64,000 nt of DNA, taken from positions 480,553 to 544,552 of the forward strand of contig NMRA01000123.1 of NCBI GenBank assembly GCA_002633005.1, in the 5' to 3' direction. The DNA is from Phoronis australis (Eukaryota > Animalia > Phoronida). The translations under genes were made by a program, and so were the position numbers. Under the pieces are notes generated by a model. The model worked only from the letters and a program-made list of their open reading frames with translations. It was not told where the DNA came from and ran no database searches. This document shows positions 38,411 through 49,196 of this stretch, piece by piece; positions within the stretch are counted from its first letter, which is position 1, and each line of letters begins with the position of its first letter.

Positions 38411-38551
38411 TTGTGCATTTGCCGTCTGGATATTCCATGGTAGGAGGTTTGCAGTAACATAATCCATTAGTCCTTCTGCATGCCATGCTGGGGTTGGAAC
38501 AGTAGCTGCCGCCGTGAGCACAGTGGAAATAACTTTTGGCTTCACTGAATC
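38411..38551 (-). CDS. Exon 1 of those found on minus: signal-peptide tail and first 6-Cys module
   Basis: cctgtcaatag| ... A|gtaagt, 141 nt, phase 1-1; GFSEAKSYFHCAHGGSYCSNPSMACRRTNGLCYCKPPTMEYPDGKCT. Confidence 0.85.
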
Positions 38552-39547
38552 CTATTGACAGGTAGGACATGTAAACAGCGTTTCGACAAAATGTAGTTCA
38601 AAACGTCCATAAGTGTGGAGGGAATGAAATCACCAAGACAACACCAGATTGAACGAAGGAAGCGAAATTGTATGTAATATCGTACGAAATATTGGTCACA
38701 TTGGCGCGATGATTTAAGTTTGCAAAGAAAACATAAGCCGATGTTTCATTTCAATTTCATTCCCATGCAGTCTGCACACTACAACAAAATTCAGGTGCTC
38801 CATAGAACTTTAGCTAGGGCTAGAGTAATATGATTTGTCCAATGAGGAAACAACAAATCAATCGCTAAATGGAGTTTTGCTCGGTGAAACCAGTAGTTGT
38901 GGGGGCGCCTTTACATATTTCTTTATAATTGGAGCTACATGTAAGCCTAAATGATGGTAAGTACGCAGCTTGGTCTCTGGCGAGTATCAAAGAAAAACTT
39001 TAAAAGAGAAAGCGTAAATTACTGGCTGAAAAGATTTAATTGAAAGGTAATTTTTCGTATGTTATCTCTATTCCCTGCTCGTACGGGAGCGCTATTTTGC
39101 CGTCACGAGTGTCAGTGTATGACATGGCATCACACACACTAGTCGCGCTTATTGCAACCAAAGTTCAACGCCTGCTGCGGGATGTGCAGTCGGGCAACTA
39201 GCATAATTAGTGAACCCACGTCTCGAGAGCTTTTGTAAAATGTCAGAAGTGAACACTTTTATTAATCAATGAAAAAATCAAGTGCTCATTGGGGATGAGC
39301 CATTGAATATACAAGTAGCACACCATGTTGTGTGTACTTTCTCTTCGTGACTACCACCATCACAATTCCGTTGGTTTGTTTAGGCGCTTATGCAGGACGT
39401 GCCACCTTTTTGTGCTCAAGTTTCACGAATACTAAATTCCTTGTGAAGGTGTTTCCCCATTAAGTGTACTGTGGAGGGGCTTCGTTTTGGGGTCTGGAAC
39501 TCAAATAGATCAACTCCATCTTTCGTGCTTACAAGCTAGGACCCAAA

Positions 39548-39599
39548 ATGGCATTCCCAGTTAAATGTGCTTGGCTTATTTTGCTGGTACTCTTAACAG
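39548..39599 (+). CDS. Orphan signal-peptide exon (MAFPVKCAWLILLVLLT-G)
   Basis: caaaATGG Kozak context, hydrophobic core, consensus CAG|GTGAGT phase-1 donor. No plus-strand partner exon was found downstream. Confidence 0.55.
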
Positions 39600-41049
39600 G
39601 TGAGTACAGGTGTATCTTAAATTCCTGGCAGCATGCCACATCAAGATTTTGGTTAGTACTCCCGAGGGTTGGTCACGTGACGTGACTGGTGACGCAAATC
39701 GTGTCAAAGTAGGAAATTCTATATTCATCAAAGTACATGCATATTACATAGTTTGTGTGGATATAGTAGAATGAAGACTAAAGTAGCACAGGAGTTGGCA
39801 CCATAGTCGTCCTCATATACAGTGTGTACATGTAGGGACCTGAAGGGTGAAATGAACGTCCACCTGTACAGTGTTTCACTAATGGTGGGAGAATTTTGAA
39901 GTAAAATATAGAACCTCATCAATGAAGTATCAGACGAATGGAAAAGATGTTTTTAATCTTGATTCGAAAATAATACGGAGGAAGGGTCAAAGTTGGCAAC
40001 ATTTTCGTGAAAACTATTTACGTTCTCGAAACTGTTCAGAAGAAAACACAAATACAAGGAATCAGTACATGTATCTAGTTTTAATTAAGTATCAGTCCAC
40101 GGATACACCGACCACTGTACAGCCAACAAGCGGCAAGGTGGGGGGGTCAACCATTCAGATCCATGTTTAGTCTGATAAATCAGATTACGGATGAGAGAAA
40201 TTGGATGAAGTATGACACCACAAGTTTGGTGGTTTAGGAGATACAAGGGAAGTGTTCTGGGGGGCAAAATGAGGCAATTTCTTGGTGTGGAATGAGTCAT
40301 ATTTGACCAAATTTTCTACTCCAGTTTCTGCTTCAAATAGAATCGTTTCTGAACAATTTCAGTAAAAACGGCACCGACACTGCAATATCGGTTACCATGG
40401 TAACACTGGAACTGTTTCCGTGGAGGTACATTTCCGTCTTGTGAAAAACCAGCAGTAAGCTGTACCCTTATAGCGAAGCTGCCCCCGCGTGAAAACTAAA
40501 AATAATAACATGGACATGTAGAGGACTCCATGCCCTTGAAATTAATACAGGCAGGCTTGATAATAGGTGTCTGAATTTCACTATTTTCAGACCGCGTATG
40601 TGTATTTGTCATGTTAAACCAGTCACTAGTTGTGCGCTGTTTCTACGCATTAATATGCCGTGGTATAATACAACAATTAAAACAATTGGTTTGCTTAAAT
40701 GTTTTTAATTAATTTTAAGGACACTAGTATTTCCCAATAAAATATGAAATTATACTAAATTTGTTCATCCAATTCGTCTGAATACCAAACTAAAGCTTAC
40801 AATGCGTTAGTTGAATGATGGCTGACATAAAGTGCGGGTTTGCGAATTTTTCTATTTATCTGGCACTGCCAGTCGCACCGAATGTGGTATTTCTAGAAAT
40901 TGCGGAGAGAAACAACTTTGGAAACTCTAGGGAAATGCACAAGGTATAGAGCGAGACATTTGAGCACCTTATAAGAGTGCGTAGAGCTGATGTGGAGGTG
41001 GAAGGTGTCCTCCTGACCTGAGTAGTCTATCTCAGTGTCTGCCTCGGAG

Positions 41050-41215
41050 GCAGGTGTGCAGAGCTACATAATCTACCGTGTTAGATTCACTTAACCGAAT
41101 CATCGTTGCAACACTCGAGATATATTGGCGTCGCCAAAGACACTTAGAACATCCACTGCACACTAGAGGAGAAATCTGATAGAGGTCTGAAAATGACCAA
41201 AGACGTTAAGTCAAG
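41050..41215 (+). pseudogene. Decayed Penelope-like GIY-YIG N-terminus followed by a hammerhead-like remnant
   Basis: SYIIYRVRF..PNHRC...YIG (frameshifted), then ctgatagaggtc...gaccaaagacgtt. Confidence 0.4.
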
Positions 41216-42499
41216 GTTCAACGTCCTGCTTCGTGTGAGCTCTGGTAGGAATCACTAAACTCCAGGGTCTGACCCTGAGGAATATTTTTAGAAGCACGTC
41301 ATTCATACAAAAATACTTTTATTGACACACCGTGATTGTTTATAACTTGGGCCTTATTGCTTAATCATATCTTATTCAAATGTTTTCTGCGATTGAAGTT
41401 AATTAAACATGCTAAAGCCGTCAAAAATATTGGTGCCTTCACTTTAGCTTGGTATTCATATTTTCTGAGCCGAAATGGCCACATTAAATTTAATATGTTT
41501 AATTTTTCATTAATACAATTTTAGGAATCGGGAAAGGCTTATGCTGAAGAAGTGGCTTCTGCTGAAGTTGGAGACTTGCCGATTATTAGTAAAGGTTGGG
41601 TATGGAAAAGTTCACAACCAGCAAGAAGGTACCCTTCTGGACAACTAAGTGAGGGGGCTAGAGAGAGGCCGAAAATTCTACTCCCAGAAGATACGTCAAA
41701 GAGAATTTGTAGCTTGAGGAACGAGTTGGGGAAAAAGTATTTGCCAAAGATTACTGGATTATACCACAACAGGTCCAAAGTAATTTGTTGAGATAGGCCA
41801 CTTTCAGAAAATGTGGGGAAACTGGGACAGAGGAAGTGGAGTATGCATTGAAAGAGGCAATCTGCGATTGTCAAGGATGTAGCGTTGTAAAAATTCAAAG
41901 GGAGGAAACAGTACAGTGGCTGGACCTGTAAATACTCTGGCTGATCTGGTAAATCCAGTGGGGGCATTATTGTGGCATCACAGCTGTGTAGGGAAGTAGG
42001 TTTGTGTGTTGTCGCAAGCTTTGTTTGCACCAGAACTGCTTGTGTGAACAGCACAAATCTAAAATTTACCTAGTCTAAGACTGAATTTTTGTCCAGGCAC
42101 GGATCATGATCCTGGGCCACATGGTAATGGTACATTGTTCATTTTTTTAACCACTGGATTTTTTGGTCTGACAGGATTTCTCAGTGTCGGCATCACATTT
42201 AGATGATTTCTGACCACTGTACTATTCTTTTTCCTTGAAGATGCGTAATTGATCTGAATTTATGTTTCCGCATTTTATTTACCATTATAGATTTTTGTTT
42301 GTAAATGGGTATATATTACTGAAATTTGAGACCCTGTTGCAGTTAGGCTGGTTTTGTTAACTTATCTTTCTGCCTGGGTTGTAAACCCATATTCTGTCCA
42401 GGAGGTAATAAGTTTTGATTTAGACCATTTACATCTATAAACTTTGCTCAGTTTACCACTAACACTAGGTCCCGAATAGTTATAGGAAGGGGCATTCAA

Positions 42500-42780
42500 A
42501 TGAGATAACGCTGGTATGAACCACAAACAAGAAAGTTAAACATCATTAGACATCAAACGTGTGACAAATCGAATCTTAAACCGCCTCTTTTATTTAGAGA
42601 GGGACTCTGAATGCGCTCATGGAGAGCTTCCTTTACACCCCTTCTGAACCAATCCTCCTCAAAGTCTAGGATAGTGACATCATCAGGATTGAAATCATGT
42701 CCAGTGGTGAACAAGTGGCTAAAAATAGCCGAATCATAAGTGTGCCCGTAACTAGGACGACGATGTTGTGACATACGCAC
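42500..42780 (-). mobile_element. Penelope-like element fragment, GIY-YIG endonuclease C-terminal part
   Basis: RMSQHRR...SAIFSHL..TGHDF..DDVTILDFEEDWFRRGVKEALH....PSLNKRGGLR..LS. Confidence 0.85.
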
Positions 42781-44049
42781 GTCAGTTGCACTGTTTTTCA
42801 ATTGTTCGGTTGTAAAAGGCAAGGTGAGTGCCGGTTAATTCCTAAATTTTGAACGCACACCGGCCGGTCCTTAGCTTTTCATAACCGGGCCGTAGGAAGC
42901 GGGTGGGGTGAGGGGCGGGGGGCACTCCCCCCAGATATTTTCAGGTGTCAGGGTTAAACCGTAGAAAGCGACATGGACGTGGGGCCGGGGAAAGTCGAGA
43001 AAAGAACGACTGCAAAGTACGGATAAGAGAGAAAGTTCAAGAGAACATTTAACAACTCTGCACCAGTGCATGGTTCACCCTTTGAGGACCCTGGCCAAAA
43101 CATTGTCATTAGGGTCTCCGCTTTTGCAGCACAGGTCGTGTAAACGTACACATATATTTTGAAAAATCGAGAAATTTATAAAACGAAAATTTTGGGGAGC
43201 GTACAAATTTACTGGGTGTTTTAATTCAACTTAAGTCAATTTTGCGAATGCAAAACTGTATTTTCCAGAGGCCCCTCTCTGGCAAGGGATAACGGAGACA
43301 ACTTTCGCTTTATTTTTTTTCTCGAAACTGCATATCACTTGAGAAAAATTGGTGACCTGACAGATAACATCAATTGCTGCGCATTTCCTGATATTTGAAA
43401 ATGTAGATATTTTCATATTTAGGGTCCCCGCCCTTGAAGGAGGCCATTGATGACATTCAAGTGGCCACCTTTTTGTGTTTTTATTGACAAACTCTTAAGG
43501 GGCCGCTCACGGAGAGAGGGCCCAATGCTGGAATCGATTACCTCTATTTTCCTGTTTTTTTATGAAATCCTGCAACCGGTTTTCATGTTGAAGGAGGTCA
43601 TTCCCTGCATCATTTAAGGACCACATGACGGTGGAATGCACTGTCACTCTTTTTTCCAAGCGTAATGATGTTTGGCCTTTCATCTTAAGATGTCCTATTT
43701 CAGAGGGTACCCTCTCTCGGTGGAGCAGTTCGGGGGATACATGTATGTCCCTTTGTCCCTCTATATATGTAAATCCGACACTGCCAAGTATTTACGAGGG
43801 AAGTTGAGATTCCAAATTCACCAAAAATCACAAAACATTCGTGCACAGCACAGCCATTCGACTCAAACAACAAAAAATGTGAAAAAATACAGGGTGGAAT
43901 TTTGAAGAACGTGAATACCTCTACTTGTGAATTACACAAAAGAACTATTTCCGATGGCTAGCTATATAATAATGTTAATGTTTCCTGTAGTATCACAAGA
44001 ATAGTGTCTCTTTTGAAGATTGTTACTATTTTGACGATAGTCTTCAGAG

Positions 44050-44520
44050 AGTTAGCTGGCCAGCTAGGAACCACTGTGTGTTGTCGTCCTTAGACCCCAA
44101 AATTTCACACAGCCCGGGTAGTTCTGTTCGTTACTTCGTCATGAAACTACTTGTAATATCAACGTGTAGAGCTAACGACTGGCATGTAAAAATTGGGAGA
44201 CAACCAACCCTCAACACGCCCGTTGCAGCTATTTAAGTGAAAAACAATCTCATAAACGCCATCCTTCTTGCATAATTCCCGCCTTTTGTAATTTAATCTG
44301 TCGTCACTTTCAAAACACTACGCTCATGTGCACGCGCCATTTCCTAAATTCTTTGCTACATCTCTAGGTATATTACAGCAGTTTCGCAGCAGGAAAGTTA
44401 GTTCTGAAATTCGGTTTCCTTAAATTAAAGTGTTGAACACTTTTAAAGAAATTAATTAAATCAGTTTTGGTAACTTGTCACAAAAATATGCCTTATACTT
44501 TAAGCCATTATGGTTTGCTA
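44050..44520 (-). repeat. Diverged partial copy of the ~750-bp repeat family
   Basis: Collinear with 48450-48800 (tagacccc.aaatt.cacacagcc.gggtagtt, tagagctaa, tttaagtgaaaaacaat). Confidence 0.75.
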
Positions 44521-44535
44521 CTTTTTTCTCTGAAA

Positions 44536-45462
44536 CTATAAAAATGTTGACCTGTAGGACTTACGAGCTGGAATCGTGCCACTGAACATCTTTGCTTTCA
44601 ACAGATGTTGTGATGCATCCGTACAGTAGGTTTGCGACAAGTAACTGAAACCACTTTCGCCGCATAAAAAGGTCGCATGTATATCTCTGCGATTTGACTC
44701 AAAATATCCGGATTCAACAAGTTTATCAATTGTCTTCTGTACATCTCTGCCCTGCAGTCCCGCCGTTTGCCAACATCGCAACGTCACGGCCCTTGCCAGC
44801 TGTTTTGGTGGCTTCCCGCGTAAGTTGTCGAAGTTCTTGGAAAGGAAAATACCACTGTACCCTACATTCTTCATATCTCGCATCATCACACTAAAATCAG
44901 ATCTTGTCCTCTCAGAGACGAGTAAAGTAAATATTGAAAATCCTGTGCTAAGGTAGGCATCTTTGATAAAGCTGATGTCATACTTCATAGGATTCCTCGT
45001 CTTCATGCTAGAAGTCTCCTGTGTAGGACCGTCCATAAGGACTACTAATACCTGTACATCCTGAGTGTTTGATGGTGAAAACATTTCTAAACGAGTTTCC
45101 GACAGGGCAAGGGCTAAGAGTCTTTTGCGGTTATTGCAATTCAACGCAAAATTTGTTGGCAGTTCTAGCCAATCTAAAGCATTATGAAAATTACTTTTGT
45201 TAACAAGATGGATTCTGACATCACTCAACACATCTGAAAACATTGCCATACTGAACAGTTCCGTGTCACCGAAATTTTCCGCAACTGAGTGAAGAAATTC
45301 TTTTATTTGTTCAAACTTTTTCCCCGAAATCCCGATGCAAGGAACCAGAAAATTAATCCTCATCGCACAGTCCTTCGGTGGTTCACTTACAGAAATGCAC
45401 TCAGTTACTGACATAATCGCAATAAAAATGATCTCTTTTCTTGAATCTGCACAACAAAGCAT
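44536..45462 (-). CDS. Intronless vWA-domain-like protein with degenerate MIDAS
   Basis: 308-aa ORF: C..RINFLV, FEQIKEFLHSVAENF, FSMAMFSD, LALALSETRLEMF, QVLVVLMDG, FSIFTLLV follow the vWA strand/helix order, but DxSxS is absent. Confidence 0.65.
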   Translation of the reverse strand: MLCCADSRKEIIFIAIMSVTECISVSEPPKDCAMRINFLVPCIGISGKKFEQIKEFLHSVAENFGDTELFSMAMFSDVLSDVRIHLVNKSNFHNALDWLELPTNFALNCNNRKRLLALALSETRLEMFSPSNTQDVQVLVVLMDGPTQETSSMKTRNPMKYDISFIKDAYLSTGFSIFTLLVSERTRSDFSVMMRDMKNVGYSGIFLSKNFDNLRGKPPKQLARAVTLRCWQTAGLQGRDVQKTIDKLVESGYFESNRRDIHATFLCGESGFSYLSQTYCTDASQHLLKAKMFSGTIPARKSYRSTFL

Positions 45463-45806
45463 CTTCGATACCTCATTCAGGAAATGGCAAAAGTTCTAAG
45501 ACAACTTCATTGCGTCGTTAATTCACTATGAACGTGCTAACTTGTTAAAACATGACGTTACTTTTGAAATGCATAAGATTTCACGTATCTAAAACTCGTA
45601 ACATATTAGTCAGTCCACCTATTGTGGGACAGACGTACCTTCCAATGGAAGGACGGATCCAAAATGGAAACGAAGGACTATGACTGGGATGGATGAGTGT
45701 TGAAAGTACCGTCATTGTCTGATAAATTATGTACACACTTAAACCTCGCAGCATACCTTTCAAAGTCTACATCTTTAGCACTGTGCCTACTACAGCAACT
45801 GTGCCG

Positions 45807-48800
45807 TTAGCCTTGGCGCCGAACTGTATAGTAGATATACAGCTTTGCGCCGATGTGGGTAAAAACATGAGCAGATAAAATCTGACACAAAATTATTGTT
45901 ATTAAAACTACATCCTTCCTTGAGTACACTAAATTATTTACCGGCGTTGGAAAAAGTGGTGTTCTACCGTTATTCTGTAGCTAAAGTTGTGGAGCTATCT
46001 TATGCGTATGCTTTCGGCGCAATGAAATATTGCGTCACCTATAGGGCCAGTTTCTTTTTTCGCCGATTCTTCAATCAACTGTTATTCTTTCACGAGGTTG
46101 CGTACACGTCGGAACCGGTTTCACTTCAATAAAAGTTTTTAGATTTTTGATACTGAAAAATCGAATTTCAGAAGAAATTTTGCTGCTGCCAAGCTATCAT
46201 CATCTCCCAATAGATGTCGCAAAAATTTGAGAAAATGGCGCGTGCGCGTGTCACGAGCGTACTGATTTCAATACGACGACATAACTTTTGTTTTTTAGAA
46301 AAGGCGGAGGATTACGCAAGGAAAGGACATTTTGTTAAATTGCTTTCTACTTAAACGGTACTAACGTGCAAGGTGAGTGTCGTTTGATTCCCAGATTTTG
46401 CATGCATCCCGTCCGGTCTTTAACTCTACAGGTTGAATCAGGCTTCACGGCGAGTTTACGAGCAGAACTACCCTGGCTGTGTGCAATTTCGGGGTGTGTG
46501 GAAGAAAAACGTACATTGGTACCTAGCCAGCCAGCTAGCTGTATGATGCCTGTCGCCAAAATACAGCTAGGTCCCACTGCGTGTATTTCGTCCGTAGACC
46601 CCGAAATTGCACATAGCCAGGGTAGTTCTGCTCGTCACCGCGCCGTGAAATTTGTATCAACATGTTAAGCTAAAGACCGGACGGGGTGCATGCAAAATCT
46701 GGGAATCAACCGATACTCACCCTGCCCGTTACAGCCGTTTAAGTGAAAAACAATGCAATAAACGTCATTTTCTTGCGTAACTCTCCGCCTTTTCTAACAA
46801 TGAAAAGTATGTCGTGGTTTCGAAAACAATACGCTCGTGTCACGCGTACGAGCCACTTCCTAAATTTTCGCGACAACTTCGGAGCACAGGCGCTTGGGTT
46901 TATCGCAAATGACGTCACAATATATATATAAGAAAACATAAAGGTTGGACACTTAAACTTTGCAAAGCCGAGGCTCCCAACTTCAACCGTCCAAAATCCA
47001 AATAAAATCTGCGTGCACCTCCCTCAGTCTGGTGTTGCATAAACCTTCGAAGCCTTATCTTTCCTAGATCCCATTAACTGTCTTCGTGAGTGGTGAATTG
47101 GCGATGGAATTTCCAAAACAATCTCAAAACTGTGAATTCAAGGACCTGAAATAGTAAACATGGCGGATTTCTGTTGTGCTTCAACTTGTACGCCTGACGT
47201 AGGTGAAACTTCAAGTTTGAGCAAGCAACCTATATTTCAAATTCAATAACTCTAATCCAAAACTCAACTAATTGAGAATGTTAAAGTTAGTATTTTAATG
47301 ATTATTTGTAACTTTATTCCACTGACGGCTCATTTTAGCCCTTAACTTAGAATTTTATTGCATAAACTGGCGTATCTTGTTTCTCATCTTGACATCACGC
47401 ACTTTTTTGATTGAAGCACAACACACACTCGGCCAGGAAACGCAGTCCGTGCAAGTATTACAATGCGCGTGGCCGACGAGTTAACTCAATGGTTTTGGCC
47501 AAAAATAAAACCTTCATAAGAAATCACAGTACACAAAAAACTTCGCATATCAATACAGTATCAGGATAATTTATATTTGACACAAATATGTGAGTAATTA
47601 CATTTATTTGGCAATAAAGTGCTCTCTGCTTCTCATGATCAAGTAGTCGATGGATTGACGGCGAAAGCCGCGCGAAATTAGACTTTCGGATTTAGCTCGG
47701 GAGCGTCGGTCAAAACCCGGATGTGCGAAGACCGTCTGCCATGACATCACGGAATCAGGTCCTTGAATTTGTGATTTTGGCATTGTTTTGGCATTTTTGT
47801 CGCCAAATCACCACTCGAAGGCAATTTGAAGAGATCAAATGAAAGAAGGTATTCTAAGAGTTGTCTGATGCTAGTTTCGTGGAGTTCCATGCACATTTGA
47901 GTAGAAAATTCTGAGCAAACAGATTTCGAGTGTCCAACCTTTATGTTTTCTTATATATGTTATTGAGTGACGTCATTTGCGATAAACCCAAGCGCCTGTG
48001 CTTCGGAGAAGCAAAATTTGAAATTTGAAATTCGGTTTTTCGGTATCGGAATTCTAAAAAATTATAATGAAGTGAAACCAGTTCCAACAATTTGTTGTGA
48101 CGTGTGCGCAAGCTCGTGAAAGAACAGCAGTTGATTGAAGAATCGGCGAAAAAAGAAACTGGCCAATAGGTGACGCAATATTTCATGGCGCCGAAAGCCG
48201 TCGCTAAAGATCGCTCCACAACTTTAGCAGCAGAATAACGGTAGAACGCCATTTTTCCAACACTGTTAAATAATTTTGTTTACTCAAGGAAGACTGTAGT
48301 TTTTAATGACACTATTTTTGTGTCAGCTTTTATCTTACCACTTTTTACCCACATCGGTGCAAAGCTGTATATTTATATACAGCTTTGTACCAAGGCTAAG
48401 TGGTACCTAGCCAGCCAGCTAGCTGCATGAAGACTATCGTCAAAAAACTAGGTACCACTGGGTGTTTTTCTTCCGTAGACCCCGAAATTGCACACAGCCA
48501 GGGTACATGTAGTTTTCTCGTCACCTCGCCGTGAAATCTGTATCAACATGTAGAGCTAAAGACCGGACGGGGTGCATGCAAAATTTGAGAGTCAACCGAC
48601 ACTCACCTTGCCCGTTACAACCGTTTAAGTGAAAAACAATCCAACAAAAGTCATTTTCTTACCTAGTCCTCCACTTTTTTCTAACAAACAAAAGTTATGT
48701 CGTCATTTTGAAAACAATACGTTCGTGACACGCGCACGCGCCATTTCCTACATTTTTGCAGCAAGATTTCTTCTGAAATTCGGTTTTTCGGTATCAAAAT

Positions 48801-49196
48801 TCTAAAAACTTGTAACTAAATGAAACCAGTTCCGATAATCTGTTGTGACATCTACGCAACCTTGTGGAAGAAGAACAGTTGATTGAAGGATCGACGAAAA
48901 AATAAACTGGCCAATAGGTGACGCAATATTTCTTGGTGTCGAATGCCGTCGCTAAAGATCGCTCCACAACTTTAGCAGCAGAATTACGGTAGAACGGCAT
49001 TTTACCAACACCGTTAAATAATTTAGTTTACTCAAGGAAGACTGCAGTTTTTAATTACACCAATTTTGTGTCAGATTTTACCTTACCAGTTTTTACCCAC
49101 ATCGGCGCAAAGCTGTATATTTAATATACAGCTTTGTAGCAAGGCTAAGTGGTACCTAGCTGTATTTTGACCATAGTATTCATACAGCTAGCTGGC
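45807..49196. mobile_element. Composite of three copies of a ~750-bp element (45807-46526 +, 46527-48411 -, 48412-49196 -)
   Basis: Clear direct and inverted homology; ~50-bp terminal motif GCCAGCTAGCTGTATGA..AAAATACAGCTAGGTACCACT; ACTGTGCCG lies on both flanks. Confidence 0.85.
46885..48000 (+). mobile_element. 1.1-kb MITE with ~70-bp TIRs and 8-bp TSD (P- or hAT-like), copy 1
   Basis: CACAGGCGCTTGGGTTTATCGCAAA...CCCAAGCGCCTGTG; TSD CTTCGGAG at 46877-46884 and 48001-48008. Confidence 0.95.

Larger units (their letters stand above)
1..38551 (-). other. Gene model (3'-incomplete): 3 Cys-rich modules + >=5 Ig domains, L1/neuroglian/hemolin-like Ig-superfamily protein; 12 exons in window
   Basis: join(38411-38551, 36036-36155, 35438-35581, 32479-32590, 25034-25245, 20425-20634, 15688-15855, 14991-15099, 12151-12338, 7695-7832, 1509-1670, 1-117) on minus. 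Every junction is GT..AG with compatible phase, giving one open frame with recognisable Ig I-set motifs. Confidence 0.85.

Noticed and set aside
40466-40520. Minus-strand MSMLLFLVFTRGQLRYK as an alternative signal exon
   Set aside because: Short hydrophobic core, charged tail and weak donor; not excluded but a poor fit.
41539-42054. 171-aa minus ORF and overlapping plus ORF
   Set aside because: No recognisable domain or splice structure; it lies between Penelope relics and is probably decayed TE sequence.
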